A stretch of 64,000 bases of DNA from Janthinobacterium lividum. GTDB taxonomy: Bacteria; Pseudomonadota; Gammaproteobacteria; Burkholderiales; Burkholderiaceae. Both the position numbers and the translations under genes were made by a program. The notes under the pieces were generated by a model. The model did no database searches. It was not told the origin of the DNA and was given only the letters and a program-made list of their open reading frames with translations. Positions 31,803 through 42,171 of this stretch are shown in pieces (position 1 is the first letter of the stretch; each line of letters begins with the position of its first letter). The stretch spans positions 3,206-67,205 of the forward strand of contig JBPBQZ010000002.1 of the NCBI GenBank assembly GCA_050955105.1. The letters run 5' to 3'.

Positions 31803-32633
31803 TCACGTCTGGCAAACCGGACAGAAGAATGTGGAGCGCTGCCCCTGCACGATCGATCGCACCGGCGTCGCGCAAGCATGGCAAGGCAAACCAGCGCGAC
31901 CGTAAACCAGATGCTCGAGCTGGAAACAGCCCATTTCGCCGCCGCTGCCGGAATAGTCGCGCAGCGAGCTGCCGCCCTTGTCGATCGCCTCGCCAAGCGT
32001 GGCGCGAATCGCGTCCGCGAGCCGCCGATAGCGAAACAGCGAGACGCGTGAAGCCGCCGTCGTCGGCCGGATGCCCGCCCTGAAAAGGCTTTCGGACGCG
32101 TAGATATTGCCGACCCCCACCACCGCCGTGCCGGCCAGCAAAAACTGCTTGACCGAGACCTGCCGAGCGCGACTTTCTCGATACAACAATGCGCCGTCGA
32201 AGCCGGCCAGCAAAGGTTCGACGCCGAGACTGGCGAGCAAGGGGTGCGCGAGAATGTCGCCGGCTTCGCGCGGGTGCCAAAGCACGGCGCCGAAGCGGCG
32301 CGGATCGCGCAGACGCAGCACGCATTCGTCGAAGATCCAGTCGACGTGATCGTGCTTGCCAACCGGCACGGGCTCGCCGTCGAGCGGCAGGATGCGCAAC
32401 GAACCCGACATGCCCAGATGCAGAATCTGCCAACCGGCATCGCATTCGAGCAGCAGGTATTTACCGCGCCGCGTAACGCTGTTCACAACCCGCTGCGCTA
32501 CGGTCTCGGCAAGATGCGGCGGCACCGGCCAGCGCAGTGAAGGATTGCGCACCTCGACGCGCGCAATCCGGCGGCCGGTAAGATGGGGGGCAATTCCTAA
32601 ACGGGTAACTTCGACTTCCGGCAACTCTGGCAT
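31803..32633 (-). CDS. mutM: Formamidopyrimidine-DNA glycosylase
   Basis: The N-terminus is MPELPEVEV, and there is a C-terminal zinc finger CHACATPV...FFCPVCQ. Confidence 0.95.
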   Translation of the reverse strand: MPELPEVEVTRLGIAPHLTGRRIARVEVRNPSLRWPVPPHLAETVAQRVVNSVTRRGKYLLLECDAGWQILHLGMSGSLRILPLDGEPVPVGKHDHVDWIFDECVLRLRDPRRFGAVLWHPREAGDILAHPLLASLGVEPLLAGFDGALLYRESRARQVSVKQFLLAGTAVVGVGNIYASESLFRAGIRPTTAASRVSLFRYRRLADAIRATLGEAIDKGGSSLRDYSGSGGEMGCFQLEHLVYGRAGLPCHACATPVRSIVQGQRSTFFCPVCQT

Positions 32634-32709
32634 GTGAAACGGCCTTGGCTTTATCGCATGCTATTGTAGCCATCGCGATACAATTTCCAGAAACAAAGAT
32701 CGGATATCC

Positions 32710-34620
32710 ATGAACTTTCCTTACGCCGGACCGTCTCTGCGACCAACGGCCGCTGCGGTTCGCGCCGCATTCGCCACGCTGGCTTCGATGATGGTGGTCG
32801 TCGGCTTTACCGCATTGCCGCTTGACGCGCTGGCCCAGGCCACTGATCGACCGGCCAATCCCGCGGCGCCCGTCGATCCCGCCAGCACCACTGCGCCGGC
32901 GGATCTGCCACCGGCCGCCCCGGTCGACAGCGATTCGGTCACGTCTTCCGATCTGTTGAATGCACCGCCGGAAACGCTTTCGCCAGCCGCCGAGCAGCGG
33001 CTGCCGCACGTCGAGCTCAGCAGCCAGATCATGTTCCAGGTGCTGGCGGCCGAAATCGCCCTGCAGCGCGGCGAGGTCGGGCCGGCCTATCAAACCTATC
33101 TGGCGCTGGCGCAAGACACGCACGATCCCCGCACCGCGCAGCGCGCGACCGAGATCGCGTTGGCCGCTCAGAGTCCGAACGACGCGCTGACGGCGGCGCG
33201 GCTCTGGCACCAGGACGCCCCTGCCTCGTCGCGAGCTGCCCAGGTCGATGCCTCGCTGCTGGTGCTCACAGGTCATTTAACCGAAGCCGAGCCGCTGCTG
33301 GCCGAAGAACTCGCCAAGGTTCAACCTGCAGAGCGGCCCGATGCGATTCTCGCATTGCAACTGCTGGTGTCGCGCAGCCAGGATCGCGTGGGCGGCGTTG
33401 CCACCCTAACGCGGCTGCTGAAAAACGATATGCAAAGGCCCGAAGCGCTCTACGCGATCGGCCGGCAGCATCTGCTTGCCGACGATCCGCCGGCGGCCAA
33501 GGCCTCGCTCGAAGCGGCGCTCAAAATTCAGCCTGATTTCGAACCCGCGGCGCTGACGCTTGCGCAAATGGGCGATGCCGAACGCCAGGAAGTCATCGCC
33601 TCGCTCACCGCCTTCGTGCAGAAAAACCCAAGCTCGCGCAGCGCCCGGCTGACGCTCGCGCAACTCTACCTGGGCGAGGGCAAACTCGACGACGCGCAGG
33701 CGCAGTTCGAAGCGATGCGCAAGCTCGATCCGAAAGACGCGCCGCCGCTGCTCGCGCTCGCATTGATTCAGCTGCAGCGCAAGCACAACGACGCCGCGCA
33801 AACGCTGCTGCAGCAGTACGCGCAACTCACGCAGGCGCAGGGCGCGGGCGATCCGGGGCAAGCCTATGTGTATCTGTCGCAGATCGCGCTCGATAAAAAA
33901 GATGAGGCGACAGCGCTCGACTGGCTATCGAAGGTAACGCCGCAAAGCAATCAATACTTCGCCGCCCAGATCACGCGCGCGCAAATCCTGGCGCAACAGA
34001 AACAATACGATCAGGCGCACGCCGTCCTCGCGCAAACGCAGCCCGCCAGCGTGCAGGAGAAGGTCCTGCTGGTGCGCGCCGATGCGGGTGTGTCGATGCA
34101 GGCGGGCCAATCGCCGCAGGCCGAAAAAGAGCTGGCCGAACTGTCGCGCGCCGTGCCCAGCGATCCAGACGTCCTGTACGACTACGCAATGGCCGCCGAG
34201 CGCAATGGTCATTACGATCTGATGGAAACGCAGTTGCGTAAATTGATGGTGCTCGATCCGACCAACGCGCAGGCCTACAACGCACTCGGTTATTCATTGG
34301 CGGACCGCAACGTCAAGCTCGACGAAGCCGGTCAACTCGTGGCGAAGGCCGTGGCGCTGGCACCCGGCGATCCCTTCATCCTGGATAGCCAGGGCTGGGT
34401 CAAATATCGGCAAGGCGACTTGAATGACGCGGCAACGCTGCTGCAGAAGGCGTACTCGATCCGGCCCAACGCCGAAATCGGCGCACACCTCGGCGAAGTG
34501 CTGTGGGTACAGGGTCGTCGCGACGACGCACGTGCGTCGTGGCGCAATGCGCAAAAGCTCGAGCCCGATAACGACACGCTGGTAAAGACCTTGAAGCGCC
34601 TGAACGCGGGTAGCTTGTAA
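32710..34620 (+). CDS. Tetratricopeptide-repeat protein with N-terminal signal sequence
   Basis: The 636-aa protein is Ala/Leu-rich with repeated A..Y..LG/AL..A TPR-like units. The position upstream of lolB-ispE is conserved. Confidence 0.8.
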   Translation: MNFPYAGPSLRPTAAAVRAAFATLASMMVVVGFTALPLDALAQATDRPANPAAPVDPASTTAPADLPPAAPVDSDSVTSSDLLNAPPETLSPAAEQRLPHVELSSQIMFQVLAAEIALQRGEVGPAYQTYLALAQDTHDPRTAQRATEIALAAQSPNDALTAARLWHQDAPASSRAAQVDASLLVLTGHLTEAEPLLAEELAKVQPAERPDAILALQLLVSRSQDRVGGVATLTRLLKNDMQRPEALYAIGRQHLLADDPPAAKASLEAALKIQPDFEPAALTLAQMGDAERQEVIASLTAFVQKNPSSRSARLTLAQLYLGEGKLDDAQAQFEAMRKLDPKDAPPLLALALIQLQRKHNDAAQTLLQQYAQLTQAQGAGDPGQAYVYLSQIALDKKDEATALDWLSKVTPQSNQYFAAQITRAQILAQQKQYDQAHAVLAQTQPASVQEKVLLVRADAGVSMQAGQSPQAEKELAELSRAVPSDPDVLYDYAMAAERNGHYDLMETQLRKLMVLDPTNAQAYNALGYSLADRNVKLDEAGQLVAKAVALAPGDPFILDSQGWVKYRQGDLNDAATLLQKAYSIRPNAEIGAHLGEVLWVQGRRDDARASWRNAQKLEPDNDTLVKTLKRLNAGSL

Positions 34621-35213
34621 TGCGCCGCCTATTGATTCCCACCCTGGTCGCGGTGCTTGCTCTCGCAGGCTGTGCCGTGCCCAGTGCCCGCTCCACTTCG
34701 CAGGCAAATGCCGACGCGAGCGCGACGGCGCATACGCCGATCCATCTCGAAGGGCGTTTCGCCGTCGACTATACCGACCAGAACGGCACCACCCGCAACG
34801 CCTATGGCAACTTCGACTGGCGCGAGGAAGCGGGCACGGTAACGCTGCAATTGCGCAGCCCCTTGGGGCAGACGCTGGCACTGATCGAAAGCGCGCCGGG
34901 CACCGCCACGCTCGAACTGCCGAACCGCCCTCCACAGACCGCGCCGAACGTCGAGGAATTGATGCAACGGGTCATCGGCTTCGGCTTGCCGGTGGATGGC
35001 ATGCGCTACTGGATCAAGGGTCATCCGGCGCCGGGCAGCCACGCTTCGGTCGAAAATAATTCGGATGGCCAGATTTCACAACTGCGTCAGAACGATTGGC
35101 TGATTCACTACGTCAGCTACACCCCGGATCAGAACCCGCAACCACAACGGATCGACTTGTCGCATGAAGGCAGCGGACCGCCGATTCGCGTGAAACTGGT
35201 GTTCGACGAATAA
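34620..35213 (+). CDS. lolB: Outer-membrane lipoprotein insertion protein LolB
   Basis: The protein has the lipobox VLALAGC. Its ~197-aa size and position before ispE fit LolB. The start overlaps the TPR gene stop (TAATG). Confidence 0.85.
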   Translation: MRRLLIPTLVAVLALAGCAVPSARSTSQANADASATAHTPIHLEGRFAVDYTDQNGTTRNAYGNFDWREEAGTVTLQLRSPLGQTLALIESAPGTATLELPNRPPQTAPNVEELMQRVIGFGLPVDGMRYWIKGHPAPGSHASVENNSDGQISQLRQNDWLIHYVSYTPDQNPQPQRIDLSHEGSGPPIRVKLVFDE

Positions 35214-35234
35214 AACGCCTCAGAAACACCGCTC

Positions 35235-36146
35235 ATGCACGACGACACTACCAATGCGCCGCTTACCGGCGCACCGGCCCATCGCGCCGCCGGCGACACT
35301 CGCCTGCGGTGCGCGGCGCCGGCCAAGCTCAACCTGTTCCTGCACATTACCGGGCGCCGGGCGGATGGCTACCATGCCCTGCAAAGCGTCTTCCAGCTGA
35401 TTGATTACGCCGACACACTGACGTTTTCGCTACGCGAAGACGGGCAGCTGCGGCGTACTCTCGCTATCGACGGCGTCGCCGAACAAGACGACCTGTGCAT
35501 ACGTGCGGCGCGCTTGCTGCAGCAATATGCGCACTGCCCGCTGGGCGTCGATATCACGCTCGACAAGGTGCTGCCGATGGGTGCCGGGCTGGGCGGCGGC
35601 AGTTCGGATGCCGCCACCACGCTGTTGGCATTGAACCGCCTGTGGCAGTTATCGCTGCCGCGCGCCACGCTGCAGCAACTGGCGCTATCGCTGGGCGCCG
35701 ACGTGCCGTTTTTCGTATTTGGCCGCAACGCATTCGCTGAAGGCGTCGGTGAATCGCTGTCGGTCATCGATCTGCCGAGCCAGGTCTTCCTGGTCGTAAC
35801 ACCGCCCGTCCAGGTGGCTACCCACGAAATTTTTGCAGCGCGGGAATTGACACGTGATACGGAAGCCATCAAAATTACGGACTTTCTCGGGGCGGCAAAT
35901 ATTCACGCCTTCGGCAGAAACGACATGCAGCACGTCGTCAGCAGCCGATATCCCGAGGTAGCGCAAGTGCTCGATTGGTTCTCCGAAATCGCGCCAGCGC
36001 GAATGACAGGGTCGGGAGCAAGCGTCTTTGCCACGTTTGCCAGCCACGCGGAAGCCGAAGCAGTGCGACAATCGCTGCCCTCCGGCTGGAACGCAAAAGT
36101 GGCGGCAAGTCTGCACAGGCATCCGCTCTTCGATTTCGCGTCATAA
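35235..36146 (+). CDS. ispE: 4-(cytidine 5'-diphospho)-2-C-methyl-D-erythritol kinase
   Basis: The protein has [20 protein letters not shown] and the GHMP kinase motif [14 protein letters not shown]. Confidence 0.92.
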   Translation: MHDDTTNAPLTGAPAHRAAGDTRLRCAAPAKLNLFLHITGRRADGYHALQSVFQLIDYADTLTFSLREDGQLRRTLAIDGVAEQDDLCIRAARLLQQYAHCPLGVDITLDKVLPMGAGLGGGSSDAATTLLALNRLWQLSLPRATLQQLALSLGADVPFFVFGRNAFAEGVGESLSVIDLPSQVFLVVTPPVQVATHEIFAARELTRDTEAIKITDFLGAANIHAFGRNDMQHVVSSRYPEVAQVLDWFSEIAPARMTGSGASVFATFASHAEAEAVRQSLPSGWNAKVAASLHRHPLFDFAS

Positions 36147-36199
36147 AAAGTTTGCTTCGCCGGACAGCAGTCCAAGCCGGCGAATCTGTCGATCAGTGT

Positions 36200-36276
36200 A
36201 GGGGAGTCGCCAAGTTGGTTAAGGCACCGGATTTTGATTCCGGCATTCGAAGGTTCGAGTCCTTCCTCCCCTGCCA
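36200..36276 (+). tRNA. tRNA-Gln (anticodon UUG), CCA encoded
   Basis: I folded the cloverleaf by hand. The parts are acceptor AGGGGAG/CTCCCCT, D arm GCCA...AGGC, anticodon stem CCGGA/TCCGG with loop TTTTGAT, and T arm GAAGG-TTCGAGT-CCTTC. The architecture is the same as E. coli tRNA-Gln. Confidence 0.93.
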
Positions 36277-36456
36277 GTAATTCAAACTGGCTTCGATGTT
36301 GCGGTGTGCGCGCTCAAGCAAGTTATCCAGCCGCCCGCACTATCCAGTTTTCACAAGCGCGCGCACCGCCTTACGTCGCGGTGCCGGTCGGGCATTGAAC
36401 CCGCAGCGCTTCCCCTGTACTTCAGCTTTACTCGACAATACGCGGCGCATTGACAG

Positions 36457-37410
36457 ATGACCTACGACAGCCTGATGGTTTTCACTGGCAATGCGAATCG
36501 CGCACTTGCCGAGGATGTAGTGCGAATTCTCGGCATTCCGCTTGGCAAGTCGATGGTCAGTCGGTTTTCTGACGGCGAAATCTCGGTCGAAATCCAGGAA
36601 AACGTGCGCGGTAAAGATGTGTTCGTGCTGCAGTCGACCTGCGCGCCGACCAACGATACCTTGATGGAATTGATGATCATGGTCGATGCGCTAAAGCGTG
36701 CGTCGGCCGGTCGGATTACCGCTGCCATTCCCTACTTCGGTTATGCGCGCCAGGATCGCCGCCCGCGCTCGGCGCGCGTGGCGATTTCGGCGAAGGTGGT
36801 CGCGAACATGCTGCAGATCGCCGGCGTCGATCGCGTCGTCACGATGGACTTGCACGCCGACCAGATCCAGGGATTCTTCGATATCCCCGTCGATAATATT
36901 TACGCCACGCCGGTGTTGCTGGGCGATCTGCGCAAGCAGAATTACGAAAATTTGCTGGTAGTGTCGCCCGACGTAGGTGGCGTAGTGCGCGCCCGTGCAT
37001 TGGCCAAGCAACTCGATACCGACCTTGCCATCATCGACAAACGGCGGCCGAAAGCCAATGTGTCGGAAGTGATGAACATCATCGGTGAAGTCGAAGGCCG
37101 CACCTGCGTGATCATGGACGATATGGTCGATACCGCAGGCACGCTGTGCAAGGCTGCGCAAGTACTGAAAGAACGCGGTGCGCTGCGCGTGTTCGCCTAC
37201 ACCACGCATCCGGTATTGTCAGGCGGTGCCGCCACGCGCATCCAGGCGTCCGCGCTCGATGAACTGGTCGTGACCGACACGATACCGCTGGGCGCCGAAG
37301 CGCGCGGCTCGAGCAAGATCCGTCAGTTGTCGTCGGCCGGCTTGCTGGCCGAAACCTTCTCGCGTATCCGCCGTGGCGATTCGGTGATTTCGCTGTTCGC
37401 CGATAGTTGA
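36457..37410 (+). CDS. prs: Ribose-phosphate pyrophosphokinase
   Basis: The protein has [24 protein letters not shown], the PRPP-binding loop [13 protein letters not shown] and [10 protein letters not shown]. Confidence 0.96.
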   Translation: MTYDSLMVFTGNANRALAEDVVRILGIPLGKSMVSRFSDGEISVEIQENVRGKDVFVLQSTCAPTNDTLMELMIMVDALKRASAGRITAAIPYFGYARQDRRPRSARVAISAKVVANMLQIAGVDRVVTMDLHADQIQGFFDIPVDNIYATPVLLGDLRKQNYENLLVVSPDVGGVVRARALAKQLDTDLAIIDKRRPKANVSEVMNIIGEVEGRTCVIMDDMVDTAGTLCKAAQVLKERGALRVFAYTTHPVLSGGAATRIQASALDELVVTDTIPLGAEARGSSKIRQLSSAGLLAETFSRIRRGDSVISLFADS

Positions 37411-37431
37411 TTTTGCCTGACCGAATGCGAT

Positions 37432-37473
37432 GCGCCCAACCGGCGCGTCGATCCGCGGCGCCCTGTTGGGCGC
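37432..37473 (+). terminator. Long GC-rich hairpin after prs
   Basis: The outer stem GCGCCCAAC...GTTGGGCGC is 9 bp and perfect, with additional inner pairing. It is followed by CGCGTTGTTG, which is a weak T-run. Confidence 0.45.
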
Positions 37474-37565
37474 CGCGTTGTTGAACCGGAACGAGCCCCG
37501 CCCTCCTGGCGGAAAGCGAGTTTCGCAACGCTGCCTGGTCGCGGGCAGCGTCTTTGGAGAATCTC

Positions 37566-38192
37566 ATGAAAGTAGTCGCATTTGAGCGCAGCGAACAGGG
37601 AACGGGTGCGAGCCGCCGCCTGCGCCGCGCCGGCAAGACGCCGGGTATCGTCTATGGTGCCACTTCGGCACCTCGTTCTATCGAACTGGATCACAACGCG
37701 CTGTTCCACGCGCTGCGCAAAGAAGCTTTCCACGCTTCGATTCTCGAGCTTGAGATTGCCGGCAAAGCCGAGCAAGTGTTGTTGCGCGATGTGCAATACC
37801 ATCCGTTCAAGCCGATGATTCTTCACATCGACTTCCAGCGTGTGGATGCCAGCGTGCGCCTGCATACCAAGGTGCCGCTGCACTTCATGAATCAGGAAAA
37901 CTCGCCGGCCGTGAAGCTGAACGGCGGCATCCTGATGCACGTGCTGAATGAATTGGAAATCAGCTGCTTGCCGGCCGATTTGCCGGAATTCGTCGAAGTC
38001 GACGTGGCGGCCATCGAAGTCGGTCAGTCCTTGCATGTGAAAGACATCAAGCTGCCGGCTGGCGTGGAACTCGTGCCGCATCTGGAAACGGAAAACCCGG
38101 TGTTCCTGACGGCTGTGCAGCCGGCGGTCACCGCTTCCGACGCGGCTGAAGATGCTGCCGCCGCCGCAGGCGACGCCGCACCGGCTGCCTAA
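37566..38192 (+). CDS. rplY: 50S ribosomal protein L25 / general stress protein Ctc
   Basis: The ATG at 37566 has GGAGA upstream. The N-terminus reads [31 protein letters not shown], and the C-terminal tail is acidic and Ala-rich. Confidence 0.92.
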   Translation: MKVVAFERSEQGTGASRRLRRAGKTPGIVYGATSAPRSIELDHNALFHALRKEAFHASILELEIAGKAEQVLLRDVQYHPFKPMILHIDFQRVDASVRLHTKVPLHFMNQENSPAVKLNGGILMHVLNELEISCLPADLPEFVEVDVAAIEVGQSLHVKDIKLPAGVELVPHLETENPVFLTAVQPAVTASDAAEDAAAAAGDAAPAA

Positions 38193-38269
38193 GGTCGCCA
38201 GATCGACGCGCGTCGAGCGCATGCAGGCCTTCTCGCAACGCGGACCTGATTGCTTCGATGAACGTCTGA

Positions 38270-38306
38270 AAACCCGCCGAGGCCTCGCCCCGGCGGGTTT
38301 TTTTAT
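38270..38306 (+). terminator. Rho-independent terminator between rplY and pth
   Basis: The stem AAACCCGCCG-aggcctcgcc-CCGGCGGGTTT is followed by TTTTTAT. Confidence 0.7.
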
Positions 38307-38366
38307 ATGCTTCGGGGTGTACGCGAGCAGCAAGTCTGGCGCGCAGCCTGAACAGGACAGTAAGCA

Positions 38367-38978
38367 ATGATCAAAGCAATCGTCGGCCTCGGGAATCCCG
38401 GCGCTGAATATGCGGCAACTCGGCACAACGCCGGGTTCTGGTTCGTCGACGCGCTGGCGCAGCAAGGCGGCGTCACCCTGCGCATGGAGTCGCGCTTTCA
38501 TGGTTTTGCGGGACGGGCGAGATTGTTCGGCGAAGAAGTCTGGCTGCTGCAGCCGCAGACTTTCATGAATCGCTCAGGCCTGTCGGTGGTAGCACTGGCT
38601 GCCTTTTATAAAATCTTGCCGGACGCCATCCTGGTCGCGCACGACGAGCTCGACCTGCCGCCCGGCGCGGCGAAGCTGAAGCGCGGTGGCGGCAGCGGCG
38701 GCCACAACGGCTTGAAGGACATCTCCGCGCATCTGTCGACGCAAGACTATTGGCGACTACGGCTGGGTATCGGACACCCGCGTGACCGTGCGGCGGCGGC
38801 AAGCGATGGCGCGCCGTCGAATCGCACTTTCGACGTGGCGAATTTCGTCCTGAAACCCCCTTCCGGTGCCGAACAAAAAGCCATCGACGGCGCGCTCGAG
38901 CGCAGCGTGGACGTAGTGAAAATGATGGTAAGCGGGGAAATGGAACGCGCGATGATGACCTTGCACAGCGGCAAGTAA
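38367..38978 (+). CDS. pth: Peptidyl-tRNA hydrolase
   Basis: The protein has IVGLGNPGAEYAATRHNAGFWFVD and GGHNGLKDI. Confidence 0.94.
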   Translation: MIKAIVGLGNPGAEYAATRHNAGFWFVDALAQQGGVTLRMESRFHGFAGRARLFGEEVWLLQPQTFMNRSGLSVVALAAFYKILPDAILVAHDELDLPPGAAKLKRGGGSGGHNGLKDISAHLSTQDYWRLRLGIGHPRDRAAAASDGAPSNRTFDVANFVLKPPSGAEQKAIDGALERSVDVVKMMVSGEMERAMMTLHSGK

Positions 38979-39022
38979 GCGTTTTCGGCGGAGTGGCGCC
39001 GTCGGACGTGCGGACCGGCTGA

Positions 39023-39340
<318 letters not shown>

Positions 39341-39389
39341 CTAAGCGCCGCGGGGGAATAGATCCCGGCACGACGCCGATTGCAATCCG

Positions 39390-39875
39390 TCAGGGAGTTT
39401 TCGCAGACTTGGACATAAGCCGCTTTTCGACGGAGGGAAATACGAACTTACTCACATCGCCGCCGAAGTGCGCGATCTCACGCACGATGGTGCCCGAAAT
39501 GAACTGGTACTGATCGGACGGTGTCATGAACATGGTTTCGACATCAGGCAGCAAATAGCGGTTCATACCGGCCATCTGAAACTCGTATTCGAAGTCGGAC
39601 ACCGCGCGCAGGCCGCGCACGATAACGCGCGCGTTTGCGCTGCGTACGAAATCCTTGAGCAGACCCGAGAAGCTTTCGACACGCACGTTCGGATAGTGAC
39701 CCAATACTTCGCGGGCAATTTCCACCCGTTCGTCCAGCGTGAAGAGCGGTTTCTTGTTGCGGCTGTCGGCAACGCCGACGACCAGCGTATCGAAAATACT
39801 GGATGCCCGCCTGACGAGGTCTTCATGCCCTCGAGTGAGCGGATCGAAGGTGCCCGGATAGACCGCCGTTACCAT
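39390..39875 (-). CDS. coaD: Pantetheine-phosphate adenylyltransferase
   Basis: The protein has [21 protein letters not shown] and SGTIVREI. Confidence 0.94.
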   Translation of the reverse strand: MVTAVYPGTFDPLTRGHEDLVRRASSIFDTLVVGVADSRNKKPLFTLDERVEIAREVLGHYPNVRVESFSGLLKDFVRSANARVIVRGLRAVSDFEYEFQMAGMNRYLLPDVETMFMTPSDQYQFISGTIVREIAHFGGDVSKFVFPSVEKRLMSKSAKTP

Positions 39876-39935
39876 ATGGTTCTCCTCTCAGTCGCGAATG
39901 TCCGGTGGTGGTCCACCGTGGAAATCGACAGCGCA

Positions 39936-40634
39936 TTATTCCCTATTTTCGCGACGCAGCAAATGAAAACACACGGCGCCGGCTTTGCCCTGCCGATCGA
40001 TCCGCCAGCCGCGTGGACAAGCCAGCAAGGATGCCGCTGGAGCACCGCCGACGGCTTGCGCCTCGACCGCTGAAAGGCCGGCCGCACCATTCGATTCGAT
40101 CAGTGGCAGCGAGCTTTCCACGTAAATGACGCCATTCGCCGTCATCAGCCGGTCCGCCAGCGGCAAAGCAGCCGCCAGCAAATCGCTGCCGAACGGCGGG
40201 TCGAGAAACAACAGATCGATACTGCCGGCAGGCCAGGATGCGGCGATACGCAGCGCGTCGCCTTCGACCACTTCCAGGTTCAAAGCCGCGAGCCGTGTGC
40301 GATTGTCGAGCAGTTGCGCGGCGACCCGACGGTTTCTCTCTACCAGCACCACTTGTGCCGCGCCGCGCGACGCCGCTTCAAAGCCCAGCGCGCCGCTGCC
40401 GGCGAACAAATCGAGGCAGCGATAACCATCGAGTCGTTGGCCCAGCCAGTTGAAGAGTGTTTCACGAACACGGTCGGAGGTAGGTCGCAAGCCCTCGGCG
40501 TCCAGCACCGGTAGCCGCGTACGGCGCCACAGGCCAGCGATGATGCGCACTTCGCTGGGCGGCCGGCGAGCACCCGCGCCACGCGCGGCAGCAGTTGGGC
40601 GGCGATTCGGGGTAGTCGGCGAACGCATCTTCAA
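39936..40634 (-). CDS. rsmD: 16S rRNA (guanine966-N2)-methyltransferase
   Basis: The protein has RPTSDRVRETLFNWL, LDLFAGSGALGFEAASRGA and LDPPF motifs. It has an Arg-rich N-terminal extension. Confidence 0.85.
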   Translation of the reverse strand: MKMRSPTTPNRRPTAAARGAGARRPPSEVRIIAGLWRRTRLPVLDAEGLRPTSDRVRETLFNWLGQRLDGYRCLDLFAGSGALGFEAASRGAAQVVLVERNRRVAAQLLDNRTRLAALNLEVVEGDALRIAASWPAGSIDLLFLDPPFGSDLLAAALPLADRLMTANGVIYVESSLPLIESNGAAGLSAVEAQAVGGAPAASLLACPRGWRIDRQGKAGAVCFHLLRRENRE

Positions 40635-40856
40635 TAATAGGCTGGGGACGGGAAAATCGTGCGTACCTTAGCATAGTCGGCGTTAGCCGCAGAACGCCCC
40701 TGCTAGAATATCGGCTCGCATCGCCGCAGGGAGCGCCAAGCGCTTCCCAACAAGCCACCTTCCCTCGCCGACGCCGATCTGCCGGGGCCATCTCCCGGAT
40801 TCACGACGCGGCGCCAGTCGCTTTCGCTGGTCGCCTTGCGACCCCGACATACGAAA

Positions 40857-42155
40857 ATGTTTAGCTTTTTCAAAAAATTCCGCGGCGGACGCGAGTCAGC
40901 CCCCACTGAAAATCCAGCCGAAAGCACGCTTCCGGATGTCCCCGAAATACCCGCAACACCGGAAAGTCCGCTCGAAGCGTCGACGCCTCTGGTAGGCCTG
41001 CGTCCGCAAATCGAGTCCAACGATGCAGCGATCGATCCGCCCGCGGTGGAATTGCCGCTGGCCGAGCCGCTGCCGATGACGGGGCTTACTCAATTGCGGC
41101 CGTTCGAGGCGCCTGCGCCTGCGCCTGCGCCGGCGCCTGCGTCGCCCGAGCCAGAGGCCGAACCGGCGCTTTCGTTCGATGCCGATGCCACCTCCCCGCC
41201 GCAAGACGACCTGAGCGATTACGAGATCGTGCCGCCCCCGCCGACGGAACCCGCCGCGCGCCGCTCGTGGATGACCCGCCTAAAGTCGGGGCTCGCCAAA
41301 ACCGGTTCCGGACTCAGCGGCATCTTCATTGGCGTTAAAGTCGATGAGGCGCTTTTCGAAGACTTGGAAACCGCCCTGCTGATGTCCGACGCGGGCGTGG
41401 ATGCCACCGAATATTTGCTGCGGGCATTGCGTGAAAAGGTCAGGTCCGAACGCTTGGGCGAGGCCTCGCAGGTCAAGGCCGCCCTCAAGGAATTGCTGAT
41501 CGAATTGCTGATACCCCTCGAAAAGTCCTTGATACTCGGCCGTACCCAGCCCTTGGTCATGATGATTGCCGGCGTCAACGGCGCCGGCAAGACCACCAGC
41601 ATCGGCAAGCTGGCCAAACATCTGCAAAGCTACGGTCAATCGGTGCTGCTCGCCGCTGGCGACACCTTCCGCGCCGCCGCGCGCGAACAACTGACCATCT
41701 GGGGCGAGCGCAACAACGTCACGGTCGTGGCAAGTGACGGCGCCGATCCGGCCGCAGTGATCTTCGATGCGGTGGGCGCGGCGCGCGCCCGCAAGATCGA
41801 CGTGTTGATGGCTGACACCGCCGGACGGCTGCCCAGCCAACTCCACCTGATGGAAGAGTTGAAAAAGGTCAAACGCGTGGTGGGGAAAGCCGCCGAGGGC
41901 GCGCCGCATGAAATCCTACTGGTGATCGACGCCAATACCGGGCAAAACGCGTTGGCCCAGGTCAAGGCTTTCGACGATGCGCTCGGCCTTACTGGCCTGA
42001 TCGTCACCAAGCTGGACGGCACTGCCAAAGGCGGCATTCTGGCGGCAATCGCCCGTCAGCGACCGGTACCCGTGTACTTCATCGGCGTGGGCGAGCAGGT
42101 CGATGATCTGCAGCCCTTTTCGGCGCGGGAATTCGCCAGCGCGTTGCTGGATTAG
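40857..42155 (+). CDS. ftsY: Signal recognition particle-docking protein FtsY
   Basis: The ATG at 40857 gives MFSFFKKFRG. An acidic Pro/Ala/Glu-rich A domain is followed by the NG domain ([30 protein letters not shown]). Confidence 0.93.
   Translation: MFSFFKKFRGGRESAPTENPAESTLPDVPEIPATPESPLEASTPLVGLRPQIESNDAAIDPPAVELPLAEPLPMTGLTQLRPFEAPAPAPAPAPASPEPEAEPALSFDADATSPPQDDLSDYEIVPPPPTEPAARRSWMTRLKSGLAKTGSGLSGIFIGVKVDEALFEDLETALLMSDAGVDATEYLLRALREKVRSERLGEASQVKAALKELLIELLIPLEKSLILGRTQPLVMMIAGVNGAGKTTSIGKLAKHLQSYGQSVLLAAGDTFRAAAREQLTIWGERNNVTVVASDGADPAAVIFDAVGAARARKIDVLMADTAGRLPSQLHLMEELKKVKRVVGKAAEGAPHEILLVIDANTGQNALAQVKAFDDALGLTGLIVTKLDGTAKGGILAAIARQRPVPVYFIGVGEQVDDLQPFSAREFASALLD
41109..41141 (+). 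repeat. In-frame GCGCCT-type hexanucleotide tandem repeat encoding (Ala-Pro)5 in the FtsY A domain
   Basis: The sequence gcgcct gcgcct gcgcct gcgccg gcgcct gcg translates as APAPAPAPAPA. Confidence 0.85.
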
Positions 42156-42171
42156 CGTAGCGGGAGCTCGC

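Noticed and set aside
31696-32445. N-terminal 250 codons of the 616-aa 'mutY' track ORF.
   Set aside because: It overlaps mutM out of frame and has an Arg/Ala-rich, non-MutY sequence. MutY homology begins near residue 251, at MAARGPDRATFAQRVVAWQ.
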